A DNA stretch of 61,174 nucleotides from Gaiella sp. (GTDB lineage Bacteria > Actinomycetota > Thermoleophilia > Gaiellales > Gaiellaceae). The stretch's first letter is position 1, and every line of letters starts with the position of its first letter. This document shows positions 19,368-27,782 of this stretch, one piece after another. The translations under genes were made by a program, and so were the position numbers. The stretch covers positions 1 through 61,174 of the forward strand of contig DASSJV010000137.1 in the NCBI GenBank assembly GCA_035691005.1, read 5' to 3'. The notes under the pieces are model-generated. The model was not told where the DNA came from. It did no database searches and saw only the letters and a program-made list of their open reading frames with translations.

Positions 19368-19961
19368 CTAGGGACGGAGGAGCGCGCTGCCGACGCGGAT
19401 CAGCGTTGCGCCCTCCTCGACCGCGACGCGCCAGTCCTGCGACGTCCCCATCGAGAGGTCGCGCAGGTCGTGCGCCTCCGCGAGCTCGCGCAGGCGGCGG
19501 AACCACGGGCGCGAAGCTTCGGGATCGTCCGCGAGCGGCGGCATCGTCATCAGGCCGCGCAGCGTCGGGAACAGCTCGAGCCATCCACCGACGTCGCCGG
19601 GCGCGACGCCCGACTTCGTCGGCTCGCCCGTGAGGTTCACCTCGAGCAGCGCGGGCACGGTGAGGCGTCCGGCGGCCGACTCCGAGTCGAGGGAGTGCAC
19701 CAGCTCGCAGATGCCGTTCACGACCTTCACCTTGTTCGACTGCAGGTGGCCGATGAAGTGCCAGCGGAACGAGTCGCCGTAGCGCCCGTGCTTCGCCTGG
19801 AGGTCCTGCGCGCGATTCTCCCCGACGACCTCGACCCCGGCCTCCACGAGCACGGCGAGCTCGTCGAGCGAGACGTACTTCGTCGCGACGACGACCGTGA
19901 CGTCGGGCCCGGCCTCCTCGCGAAGGCGGAGATAGCGCTCGCGGAGCGCGGCGGCGTTCAC
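19368..19961 (-). CDS. yggS: YggS/YlmE PLP homeostasis protein
   Basis: VVATK, GENRAQD, WHFIGHLQSNKVK, GLMTM, LSMGTSQD, EGATLIRVGS. Confidence 0.92.
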   Translation of the reverse strand: MNAAALRERYLRLREEAGPDVTVVVATKYVSLDELAVLVEAGVEVVGENRAQDLQAKHGRYGDSFRWHFIGHLQSNKVKVVNGICELVHSLDSESAAGRLTVPALLEVNLTGEPTKSGVAPGDVGGWLELFPTLRGLMTMPPLADDPEASRPWFRRLRELAEAHDLRDLSMGTSQDWRVAVEEGATLIRVGSALLRP

Positions 19962-21322
19962 AGCGCCAGCTCCCGCGCCCGCGCGAGGAGCGCCTCGCGG
20001 CTGTTGAGCGCCGGGTCGTCGAGCACGTCGTCGAGCAGGCGCGCAAGGGCGGCCCCGAGCGCGGGACCCTCGCGGTAGCCGAGCTCGAGCAGGTCACGGC
20101 CGTTCACCGCGAGATCGGCAAGCCGGTACGGCCGGTCGCGCTGACCCTCGATCTCCTGCTCGAGCCGTGCGAGCGCGGCCAGCTCTGCCGGATCGACCTC
20201 CTTCACCGAGAGGTCGGCGCGCTTCAGCGCGACGAGCTCGCGCGCGCGCTCCAGCCCGTGCGAGGCGAGGAACCGCCGAGCAAAGGCGGCGTCGACCTCG
20301 CCGTCCAGGCGGAAGTCGTGCGCCGCGACGAGGCGCACGACATCCTCCCTCAACCCGTTCGGGTAGCGGAGCCTGCGCAGGATCCGCCCCGTGGCGACGG
20401 CACCGCCCGCCGCGTGGGACTCGCCCGCGGCATCGGCCTGCGGCTTCGCAACGTCGTGGAGCAGCGCCGCGAGCCGGACGGGCAGCGTCGTGCCGGCGTC
20501 CGCTGCCGCCTGGGCGACGGCGAACAGGTGCTCGTCGAGCGGCAGCGGCTGCCTCGGCGACGCGACCGCGTAGCCGAACGTCGCACCGAGCTCCGGGATC
20601 ACCTCGACCAGCGCGCCGGTGTCGCGCGCGAGGCGAAGCGCCTCGGCGGGCCGCGTCCCGAGGAGGAGCTTCGACAACTCGCCCATCCCGTCCACGGCGA
20701 CACCGCCGCCGATCCGCTCGCCGGAGACGTGCCTCAGTCCGGCCGCCTCGGCGCGCATCTGGCCGAGCGTCTCGGGCGCGAGCGCGAACGAGAGCTGGGA
20801 GACGAGCCGGAGCCCGCGCAGGATGCGGAGCGGGTCCTCGCGGAAGCTCTCCGGGGTCACCGTCCGCAGCACGCGCCGCTCGAGGTCGGCGACCCCGCCG
20901 AACGGATCGACGAGCTCGCCGGTCGCGAGCCGCCGTGCGATCGCGTTCACCGTGAAGTCGCGTCGGCGCATGTCGTCCTCGACCGTGGCGCTGCCGTCCG
21001 CGACGATCTCGAAGTCGTGGTGGCCCGGCCCGGTGCTGCGCTCGATGCGCGGCGGCGTCAGCTCGATCCCGGACGGGACGAGCCCTTTCACGGCGGGATC
21101 GTCGGGGTAGAAGCGCACGCCGACGAGCTGTCCGTGCACCTCCATGTCCTCCACGCGACCGTGGGGCTCGAGCGCCGCGTGGAGCCCGGCATGGTCGACC
21201 CCCGGCACGAGGAAGTCCTCGTCGGAGTGCGGGATCCCGAGGAGCTCGTCGCGCACGGCGCCGCCGACGACGTACGCGTCGAGCCCGAGCGCGCGGATGT
21301 AGCTGCGGATCGCGGTCGGCAC
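19958..21322 (-). CDS. Class II tRNA nucleotidyltransferase (CCA-adding/poly(A) polymerase family) with HD region
   Basis: VGGAVRD...DEDF, RRDFTVNA, EDPLRILR, LLHDVAKP, LAVNGRDL. Confidence 0.88.
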   Translation of the reverse strand: MPTAIRSYIRALGLDAYVVGGAVRDELLGIPHSDEDFLVPGVDHAGLHAALEPHGRVEDMEVHGQLVGVRFYPDDPAVKGLVPSGIELTPPRIERSTGPGHHDFEIVADGSATVEDDMRRRDFTVNAIARRLATGELVDPFGGVADLERRVLRTVTPESFREDPLRILRGLRLVSQLSFALAPETLGQMRAEAAGLRHVSGERIGGGVAVDGMGELSKLLLGTRPAEALRLARDTGALVEVIPELGATFGYAVASPRQPLPLDEHLFAVAQAAADAGTTLPVRLAALLHDVAKPQADAAGESHAAGGAVATGRILRRLRYPNGLREDVVRLVAAHDFRLDGEVDAAFARRFLASHGLERARELVALKRADLSVKEVDPAELAALARLEQEIEGQRDRPYRLADLAVNGRDLLELGYREGPALGAALARLLDDVLDDPALNSREALLARARELAL

Positions 21323-21367
21323 GGGCCGATTCTCCCCGAATGCCCGGCCGGGGACGCAGAGCGGCGC

Positions 21368-21751
21368 CTAGAGGTGGGCGACCGCCTCGATCTCGACGAG
21401 CGCGCCGGACGGGAGCCGCGCGACCTGGAACGTCGAGCGCGCGGGCGGGCGGTCGCCGACCTTCGTCGCGTAGACCTGGTTCATGCCCTGGAAGTCGTCG
21501 AGGTCCGCGAGGAAGACACTCGTCTTGACGAGCTTGTCCATCGAGGTGCCCGCGGCCTCGAGGATCGCCGCGAGGTTCGCGAGCGCCTGCTCCGTCTGGC
21601 GGCCGATGTCCCCCTCCACGGCCGTGCCGCCCGGTTTCAGCCCCAGCTGACCCGCGACGAACACGAGCCCGCCGGCGACGATCGCCTGGTTGTACGGCGC
21701 GCCCTGGAACGGCGCGGGGGCCGCCTCGGTGCGGATCACGGTCTTGTCCAT
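21368..21751 (-). CDS. RidA family reactive-intermediate deaminase
   Basis: PYNQA, AGQL, PPARS, LVEIEAVA; AAGGAG RBS. Confidence 0.92.
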   Translation of the reverse strand: MDKTVIRTEAAPAPFQGAPYNQAIVAGGLVFVAGQLGLKPGGTAVEGDIGRQTEQALANLAAILEAAGTSMDKLVKTSVFLADLDDFQGMNQVYATKVGDRPPARSTFQVARLPSGALVEIEAVAHL

Positions 21752-21766
21752 TGCGGGCTCCTTGTC

Positions 21767-22243
21767 TCAGGTGGCGGCGGTCGCGCGTGCGAGCGCGACG
21801 CCGAGGGCCTTGAAGATCGCGGCGAGGGCGTGACCCGTGTCCTCGCCCTCCATCAGGCGGACGTGGACGGTGAGCCCGGCCTCCTCGGAGAGACGCCGCA
21901 GGAAGCGCGCGGCGAGGTCGCTGCCGAGGCCACCGGCGCCGGTCAGGTCGGCGTTCGACGCGACGAGCGGACGGTCGGAGCGCTCGACGACGACCATCGC
22001 GAGCGCCTCGTCGGCGGGGACGGTCGCCTCGCCGAGGGCGCCCTCCGCGAGCCGCGGGCCGACTGCCCGTCCCAGCGCGGTGCCGGCGGCGTCGACCTCC
22101 GCCTCGGCGTCGTCCGGGTCGATCTCGAGCGTGAGGTCGAAGCCGCCCGCGCGCGCGAGCTCGCCGAGGAGGTGGTCGAGCACCGGGACGCCCGTCGCGA
22201 CGTTTACCGCGCCTGTGCCGTCCGAGATCCGCGCGCCGCTCAT
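21767..22243 (-). CDS. Imidazoleglycerol-phosphate dehydratase (HisB)-like protein lacking the catalytic HHxxE motifs
   Basis: TGVPVLDHLL, PADEAL, RP, LTVHV, IFKALG match the IGPD scaffold; both His-His motifs are degenerate. Confidence 0.75.
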   Translation of the reverse strand: MSGARISDGTGAVNVATGVPVLDHLLGELARAGGFDLTLEIDPDDAEAEVDAAGTALGRAVGPRLAEGALGEATVPADEALAMVVVERSDRPLVASNADLTGAGGLGSDLAARFLRRLSEEAGLTVHVRLMEGEDTGHALAAIFKALGVALARATAAT

Positions 22244-22380
22244 GCGCCAACCTCTGTTGGCGCATGAGCGGGGAGGGGTGTGGGGAACCGGGAGGTTCGC
22301 CACACTCTCGGGAAGAAGGGGGCTCGTGGGCGAAACATGGTTTCCCCCACGGGAGCGAGCCGAAAGCGAGCGACGCTCAC
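22240..22380 (-). mobile_element. Multi-hairpin insert in the murA/hisB-like junction, read as a 46-aa bridging ORF
   Basis: GTG overlaps the murA TGA and its TGA overlaps the downstream ATG; TGAGCG duplicated at both ends; three internal hairpins. Confidence 0.65.
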
Positions 22381-23657
22381 AGGTTGGCGCGCTCGATCCG
22401 CGCACCGAGCCCGCGAAGCCGTTCGTCGATGGTCTCGTAACCGCGGTCGATCTGGCCGACGTTGCCGATCGTCGAGCGCCCCTCGGCACAGAGCGCGGCG
22501 ATCACCATCGCCATGCCCGCGCGGATGTCGGGGCTTTCGAGACGCTGCCCGTAGAGCTTCGCCGGACCGGTGACGACGACACGGTGCGGGTCGCAGAGCA
22601 CGATCCGGGCGCCCATCGAGACGAGCTTGTCGACGAAGAACAGCCTGCTCTCGAACATCTTCTCGAAGACCAGGACGGTGCCGTGCGCCTGGGTGGCGGC
22701 GACGACCGCGATCGAGGTCAGGTCGGCCGGGAACGCGGGCCAGATCCCGCTCTCGATCTTCGGGATCTGGTCGCCGAAGTCGTCCACGACACGGAGCTCC
22801 TGGTCGGGCGGCACGCGGACGGCGTGGTCGCGCACCTCGAGCTGGATCCCGAGCTTGCGGAACGCCGGCACGATCGAGATCAGGTCGTCCGGCTCGACGT
22901 CCTCGATCGTGATCTCGCCGCCGGTGACGGCGGCGAGCGCCGCGAAGCTCGCGACCTCCACGTGCTCCGAGCGGATCCGGTAGCCGCCGCCGCCGAGAGA
23001 GGGGACGCCGACGATCCGCAGGACGTTCGAGCCGATCCCCTCGATCTGCGCGCCGAGCGTGACGAGGAACCGGCAGAGATCCTGGATGTGCGGCTCACAC
23101 GCGGCATGACCGACGATCGTGTCCCCTTCCGCGAGCACCGCGGCCATCACGGCGTTCTCGGTCGCCATCACGGACGCCTCGTCGAGGAACATCCGCTTGC
23201 CGCGGAGACCGTTCGTACGCAGGTCGTAGTCGCCGTTCAGCTCGACCTCGACCCCCAGCTCGGCGAACGCGTGGAAGTGCGTGTCGAGGCGGCGCCGGCC
23301 GATCACGTCGCCGCCCGGCGGCGGGACGGTCGCGCGGCCGAAGCGAGCGAGCAGCGGCCCTGCGAGCAGGAACGACGCGCGGATCTCGCGACCGAGCTCC
23401 GGATCGAGCGCCGTCTTGTCCACGGACGACGAGTCGACCGTCACCTCGTTCGCTCCGCTCCACGCCGCCTTCGCGCCGAGCGCGGAGAGCAGCTGCACCA
23501 TCGTCTCGACGTCGCGGATCCGCGGGACGTTCGACACGACGACGGGCTCGGTCGCGAGAACGGTGCCGGCGAGGATCGGCAGCGCGCCGTTCTTGTTGCC
23601 CGCGGCGCGAACGGTCCCGGACAGCGGACGCCCGCCCTCGATCACGAACGACTGCAT
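22377..23657 (-). CDS. murA: UDP-N-acetylglucosamine 1-carboxyvinyltransferase
   Basis: [51 protein letters not shown]. Confidence 0.96.
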   Translation of the reverse strand: MQSFVIEGGRPLSGTVRAAGNKNGALPILAGTVLATEPVVVSNVPRIRDVETMVQLLSALGAKAAWSGANEVTVDSSSVDKTALDPELGREIRASFLLAGPLLARFGRATVPPPGGDVIGRRRLDTHFHAFAELGVEVELNGDYDLRTNGLRGKRMFLDEASVMATENAVMAAVLAEGDTIVGHAACEPHIQDLCRFLVTLGAQIEGIGSNVLRIVGVPSLGGGGYRIRSEHVEVASFAALAAVTGGEITIEDVEPDDLISIVPAFRKLGIQLEVRDHAVRVPPDQELRVVDDFGDQIPKIESGIWPAFPADLTSIAVVAATQAHGTVLVFEKMFESRLFFVDKLVSMGARIVLCDPHRVVVTGPAKLYGQRLESPDIRAGMAMVIAALCAEGRSTIGNVGQIDRGYETIDERLRGLGARIERANL

Positions 23658-23682
23658 GCGGGGCGCTATCGTACCCGGCTCC

Positions 23683-24258
23683 GTGGAGGTGACCCGCGAC
23701 AGGGCCTGGGAGACGCTGACGCGCTACACGACGAGCGAGTCGCTCCTCCGGCATGCCCTCGCCGTCGAGGCATCGGTTCGCGGCTACGCGCGACGGTCGG
23801 GCGAGGACGAGGAGCTCTGGGGCGCGGTGGCGCTGCTCCACGACTTCGACTACGAGATCCACCCCACGCTCGACCAGCACCCGCAGGACGGCGCGCCGAT
23901 CCTGCGCGACGAGGGGTACCCCGAGGTCGTGATCCGAGCGGTGCTGTCCCACGCCGAGCATCTCGCGCTCCCGCGCGAGACCCAGCTCGAGAAGACGTTG
24001 TTCGCGTGCGACGAGCTCTCCGGCTTCGTCCACGCCTGCGGGCTCGTCCGTCCGACGGGCCTCGACGGGCTCGAGCCGAAGTCGGTGCGCAAGAAGCTCA
24101 AGCAGCCGTCGTTCGCGGCCGGCGTCCACCGCGACGAGGTGTACGCGGGCGCCGAGCTGCTCGGGCTCGAGCTCGACGACCACATCGCCAACGTGATCGA
24201 GGCGCTCCAGCCGATCGCGTCCGAGCTCGGCCTGCGCAGCGCCCGCGACGCGGCCTGA
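23683..24258 (+). CDS. HD-domain (HDIG) hydrolase
   Basis: [37 protein letters not shown]. Confidence 0.88.
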   Translation: MEVTRDRAWETLTRYTTSESLLRHALAVEASVRGYARRSGEDEELWGAVALLHDFDYEIHPTLDQHPQDGAPILRDEGYPEVVIRAVLSHAEHLALPRETQLEKTLFACDELSGFVHACGLVRPTGLDGLEPKSVRKKLKQPSFAAGVHRDEVYAGAELLGLELDDHIANVIEALQPIASELGLRSARDAA

Positions 24259-24260
24259 GC

Positions 24261-25322
24261 TCAGCCGGCGAGCCCGGCGCCGAGGCGCTCGACGTCCTCG
24301 TCGCTCGTCCACCAGCCGCAGGACGCGCGCACGATCCCACGGCCGGGGATCTCGCGGACGTCGACGCGCGCCTCGCGGAGTCGTTCGACGACGGCGGCGG
24401 GCTCGCCCTCGACCCGGAACGAGACGATCGTCGAGCTCGCCTCCGGCTCGACGAGCTCGACGAGCGGCGCGAGCAGCCGCCTGCACGTCGCGGCGGCGGC
24501 CGCGGCCCGCTCCGCCCACCAGTCGGGCCGCAGCGCGAGCGCCTCGAGCATCCCGCGGACTGCGCCGTTCGACCACCACCCGGAGTCGAAGCGCCGCGCC
24601 CCTGGGTGCGGCTCGAAGCTTCCGTCGGGCTCGTACGCGCGTTGGCTGAAGTACCCGGGCGAGACGATGGGAAGGCGCTCCGGGTCGGAGACGACCAGCG
24701 CGCCGGTCGAGTCCGGGCCGCACAGCCACTTCTGACCCGAGATCGTGACGAAGTCGAGCCCCGTGACGTCGTCGGGGATCGCACCAACCGACTGGGCGCC
24801 GTCGGCGAGAACGGGGACGCCACACCGCTCGCGCAGCTCCCGCACAGGCAGCACCGCCCCGGTCGTCCAGAGCACGCGGGAGGTCGCGATCAGCCGCGTG
24901 CTCGGGGTGACCGCCGCGGCGATGCGCTCGGGGTCGGGCGGCACGACGACGACCTGCGCCGGCGATGCGCCGAGCGGCCCGAGCAGCCCGAAATGCTCGT
25001 CGGTCGTCGTCACGATCTCGTCGCCCGGGCCGAGGCCGAGCCCCCTCAGGACGATCCCGCAGCCCTCGGTCGTCGACGTCGTCAGCGCGACCGACCCCGG
25101 CCCCGTCCCGACGAGCGCGCCGAACGCGGCGCGCAGATCCTCGCGGAGCGCCAGCGTCTCCTCGAAGTACGCCCTGCCCGTCCTCCCCTCCCTGAGGTCC
25201 CGCTCGACACCCGACTCCAGCGCCTCCGCCACAGGTCTCGCGAGCGGCCCGAAGGTGCCAGCGTTGAGGTAGGCAACCGCCTCCAGCACCGGGAAGAGCG
25301 ATCGCGCCTCCGCGAACGTCAC
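24261..25322 (-). CDS. Aminotransferase class V PLP enzyme (cysteine desulfurase/lyase-like)
   Basis: YLNAGTFGP, DGAQSVG, SGQKWLCGP. Confidence 0.88.
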   Translation of the reverse strand: MTFAEARSLFPVLEAVAYLNAGTFGPLARPVAEALESGVERDLREGRTGRAYFEETLALREDLRAAFGALVGTGPGSVALTTSTTEGCGIVLRGLGLGPGDEIVTTTDEHFGLLGPLGASPAQVVVVPPDPERIAAAVTPSTRLIATSRVLWTTGAVLPVRELRERCGVPVLADGAQSVGAIPDDVTGLDFVTISGQKWLCGPDSTGALVVSDPERLPIVSPGYFSQRAYEPDGSFEPHPGARRFDSGWWSNGAVRGMLEALALRPDWWAERAAAAAATCRRLLAPLVELVEPEASSTIVSFRVEGEPAAVVERLREARVDVREIPGRGIVRASCGWWTSDEDVERLGAGLAG

Positions 25323-26032
25323 TCCTCGACCTCCACGGTCGCCTCGACGACGGGGTGGTCGGAGAGCACGACGCCATTCTGCCGTCGCCGCTCGAGCGGC
25401 CACGCACCGACCGACCTCACGTCGGCGCCGCGCACGAGGACGTGGTCGATCCCCCCGACCGGCCGCGAGTAGCGCTCGAGCAGCGGGTCGCCCACGTTGA
25501 AGTCGCCGGCGAGGAGGACGACGTCCCCGTCCGTGGCGGCGGCCTCGACGAACGCCGCCGCGCGGGCGGCTTCGGCGCGCGGCACCTCCGGCCGGACGAA
25601 GTCGTTCGAGGCGTGGAGGTTGCAGATCGCGACGCCCGGCGAGCCCGCGATCCGTACCGCGTGCGCGACGCGACGCTCGTGCCGGCCCTCGCTGATCCGC
25701 TCGTGTCCGAGGTCGGTCGCGGCATGCCGGGGCGCGACGAGGATCGCGTTGGCCTGACCGGAGAGACCCGAGCGGAAGAACCCCTGGTGCGCGCGGGTCA
25801 CCCACGTCGACAGCGGCCCCGGCCAGAGCGGCGGCCGGGCCACCGCCTCGAAGCGGTGCATCCCCGACCAGCCCTCGAGCCGCGGGATCGCCCACACGGG
25901 CAGCTCCTGGAGGCACACGACGTCCGGTCCGTCCAGCGTGACGAGCTCGATCATCCGCCGGAGGTAGCCCGCGCGCCGTGGCGGATCGGCGTTGCCGTGG
26001 AACACGTTCCAGGTGCGGACGACGAGTCGCAC
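25319..26032 (-). CDS. Endonuclease/exonuclease/phosphatase family protein
   Basis: TWNV, CLQE, AGDFN, IDH, LSDH motifs. Confidence 0.88.
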   Translation of the reverse strand: MRLVVRTWNVFHGNADPPRRAGYLRRMIELVTLDGPDVVCLQELPVWAIPRLEGWSGMHRFEAVARPPLWPGPLSTWVTRAHQGFFRSGLSGQANAILVAPRHAATDLGHERISEGRHERRVAHAVRIAGSPGVAICNLHASNDFVRPEVPRAEAARAAAFVEAAATDGDVVLLAGDFNVGDPLLERYSRPVGGIDHVLVRGADVRSVGAWPLERRRQNGVVLSDHPVVEATVEVEE

Positions 26033-26070
26033 GGGCCGAGGCTACGGGTACCGTCGGCCCTCTGGAGCCC

Positions 26071-27123
26071 ATGCGCGTCGTCCTCGCCGACCCCCCGGCC
26101 TTCACCCCGCCCTACGACCACGAGCTCGCCGCCGCGCTCGCCCGCGCGGGCGCCGACGTCGAGCTCCTCACCTCGCGTTTCAGGTTCGGCGACCGCCCGG
26201 CGCCCGACGGCTATCGCCTCGACGAGAGCCTCTACCCGCGCTCGAGCGAGATCCGTCGCAGCGCGCTCCGGCTCCCGTTGAAGGCCCTGGAGCATCCGTT
26301 CGCGACGCGGCGCGTGCTCGGGCGACCCGCCGACGTCGTACACTTCCAGTGGCTCGCCGTGCCCGAGCTCGACCGAGTGCTTCTGCGGTCGTCGCGTCCG
26401 CTCGTCTTCACCGCCCACGACCTGCTCCCGCGGCGGACGGCGCGCCGCGCCGGTCTCTGGCGGACGCTCTTCGGGCGTTTCGACCGCGTCGTCGTCCACT
26501 CCGACAGGGGACGCGAAGCGCTCGTCGGCTTCGGGGTGGCCCAGGAGCAGCTGCGCGTGATCCCCCACCCCGTCTTCCGCAGCGACCCGCTACGCGCCGA
26601 CGACGGCCGGACGGTGCTCGCGCTCGGCGTGATCCGCCCGTACAAAGGCCTCGCGGACGCGATCGACGCCGTGCTCGCCGTCGCCGACGCCCGGCTCCTC
26701 GTCGCGGGCGACCCCCGCATCCCCCTCGACGAGCTTCGTGCGCGGGCCGGCGCACGGGCTGAGTGGCGGCTCGGGTACCTCGGCCGTCCCGAGCTCGAGC
26801 GTGCCCTGTCGCAGGCGACCGTCGCCGTGTTTCCCTACGCGGCCGAGCTCGACCAGTCGGGAGCGCTGCTCCAGGCGCTCGGCGCCGGCGTGCCCGCCGT
26901 GGTCTACGACGTCGGGGGCCTCGGCGAGGTCGTCCGGCGGTTCGCGGCCGGCCGGGTGGTCGCGCCGGGCGACGTCGGCGCGCTGACGCAGGCGCTCCGG
27001 GAGCTGCTCGACGATCCCGCCGCGCTCGCCTCCGCCCGGGAGGGCGCCGCCCGTACGCGTGACGAGCTGACCTGGGAGGCGTCGGCTGCGGCGCACATGG
27101 CCCTCTACGAGGAGCTCCTGTGA
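26071..27123 (+). CDS. GT-B glycosyltransferase family 4
   Basis: VHFQW, FTAHDLLP, IRPYKG, QSGALLQALGAGVPAVVYDVGGLGE. Confidence 0.88.
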   Translation: MRVVLADPPAFTPPYDHELAAALARAGADVELLTSRFRFGDRPAPDGYRLDESLYPRSSEIRRSALRLPLKALEHPFATRRVLGRPADVVHFQWLAVPELDRVLLRSSRPLVFTAHDLLPRRTARRAGLWRTLFGRFDRVVVHSDRGREALVGFGVAQEQLRVIPHPVFRSDPLRADDGRTVLALGVIRPYKGLADAIDAVLAVADARLLVAGDPRIPLDELRARAGARAEWRLGYLGRPELERALSQATVAVFPYAAELDQSGALLQALGAGVPAVVYDVGGLGEVVRRFAAGRVVAPGDVGALTQALRELLDDPAALASAREGAARTRDELTWEASAAAHMALYEELL

Positions 27124-27443
27124 GGCTTCGGCGGGGGCCGTTCGACGAGCTCGTCGAGCGCCAGCTCGCCCTCCTCGGGAGCGACGAGGCGGCCCTCTTC
27201 GCCGAGGCCGACGAGGCCGAGCAGGCCTGGATCCGGACGGGGCGCGAGGAGGCGGAAGAGGCGTACGGCGACTACCAGCTCGTCCTCGACGCGATCGCCG
27301 ACCGGCTCCTGGACCTGCGCGAGGCGTACGCGGCGACGCTCGGGGAGGACAAGGTCGACGCCTACCGGCGGGCCTTCGCGGCCGGCGTGCGCCGGCGCTT
27401 CGGGCGTTACCGCTCGGTCGTCTCGGACGTCGAGCCGGACTGA
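27120..27443 (+). CDS. Hypothetical helical protein
   Basis: GTGA-coupled to the glycosyltransferase; protein-like composition. Confidence 0.7.
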   Translation: MRLRRGPFDELVERQLALLGSDEAALFAEADEAEQAWIRTGREEAEEAYGDYQLVLDAIADRLLDLREAYAATLGEDKVDAYRRAFAAGVRRRFGRYRSVVSDVEPD

Positions 27444-27778
27444 GGCTCTAGGAGCGCGTCCTCACGACGGGGCCGTAGCGAGCGGGCGAGCTTGAGGTGC
27501 GTCTCGGCCTCCACGTGCCGGCCCTGGTTGCGCAGCGTCCGGCCGAGCGCGTAGTGGGCGTAGTCGTCGGCCGGCGAGAGGTCGAGCACCTTGCGGAACT
27601 CGGCCTCCGCCTCGGCCCACCGCATGATCCGGAAGTACGCGATGCCGAGTGCCTCGCGGATGGACGCCTTCTCGGGCTCGAGCCGCTTCGCCTTCTCGAG
27701 CGCGACGGTGGCCTGGGCGGGCCGCCCCTCGCGAAGGTGGGTCCGGCCCTGCTGGAAGAGGTCGTAGGCGGCGCTCAC
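27407..27778 (-). CDS. Tetratricopeptide repeat protein
   Basis: ALEKAKRLEP, ALGIAYF, AHYALG TPR patterns. Confidence 0.85.
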   Translation of the reverse strand: MSAAYDLFQQGRTHLREGRPAQATVALEKAKRLEPEKASIREALGIAYFRIMRWAEAEAEFRKVLDLSPADDYAHYALGRTLRNQGRHVEAETHLKLARSLRPRREDALLEPQSGSTSETTER

Positions 27779-27782
27779 CCTC

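Noticed and set aside
21837-25472. 1211-aa plus-strand ORF, and similar long ORFs at 35775-39431 and 28032-30206
   Set aside because: Antisense or shadow frames of real genes, open because high GC makes stop codons rare; no motifs
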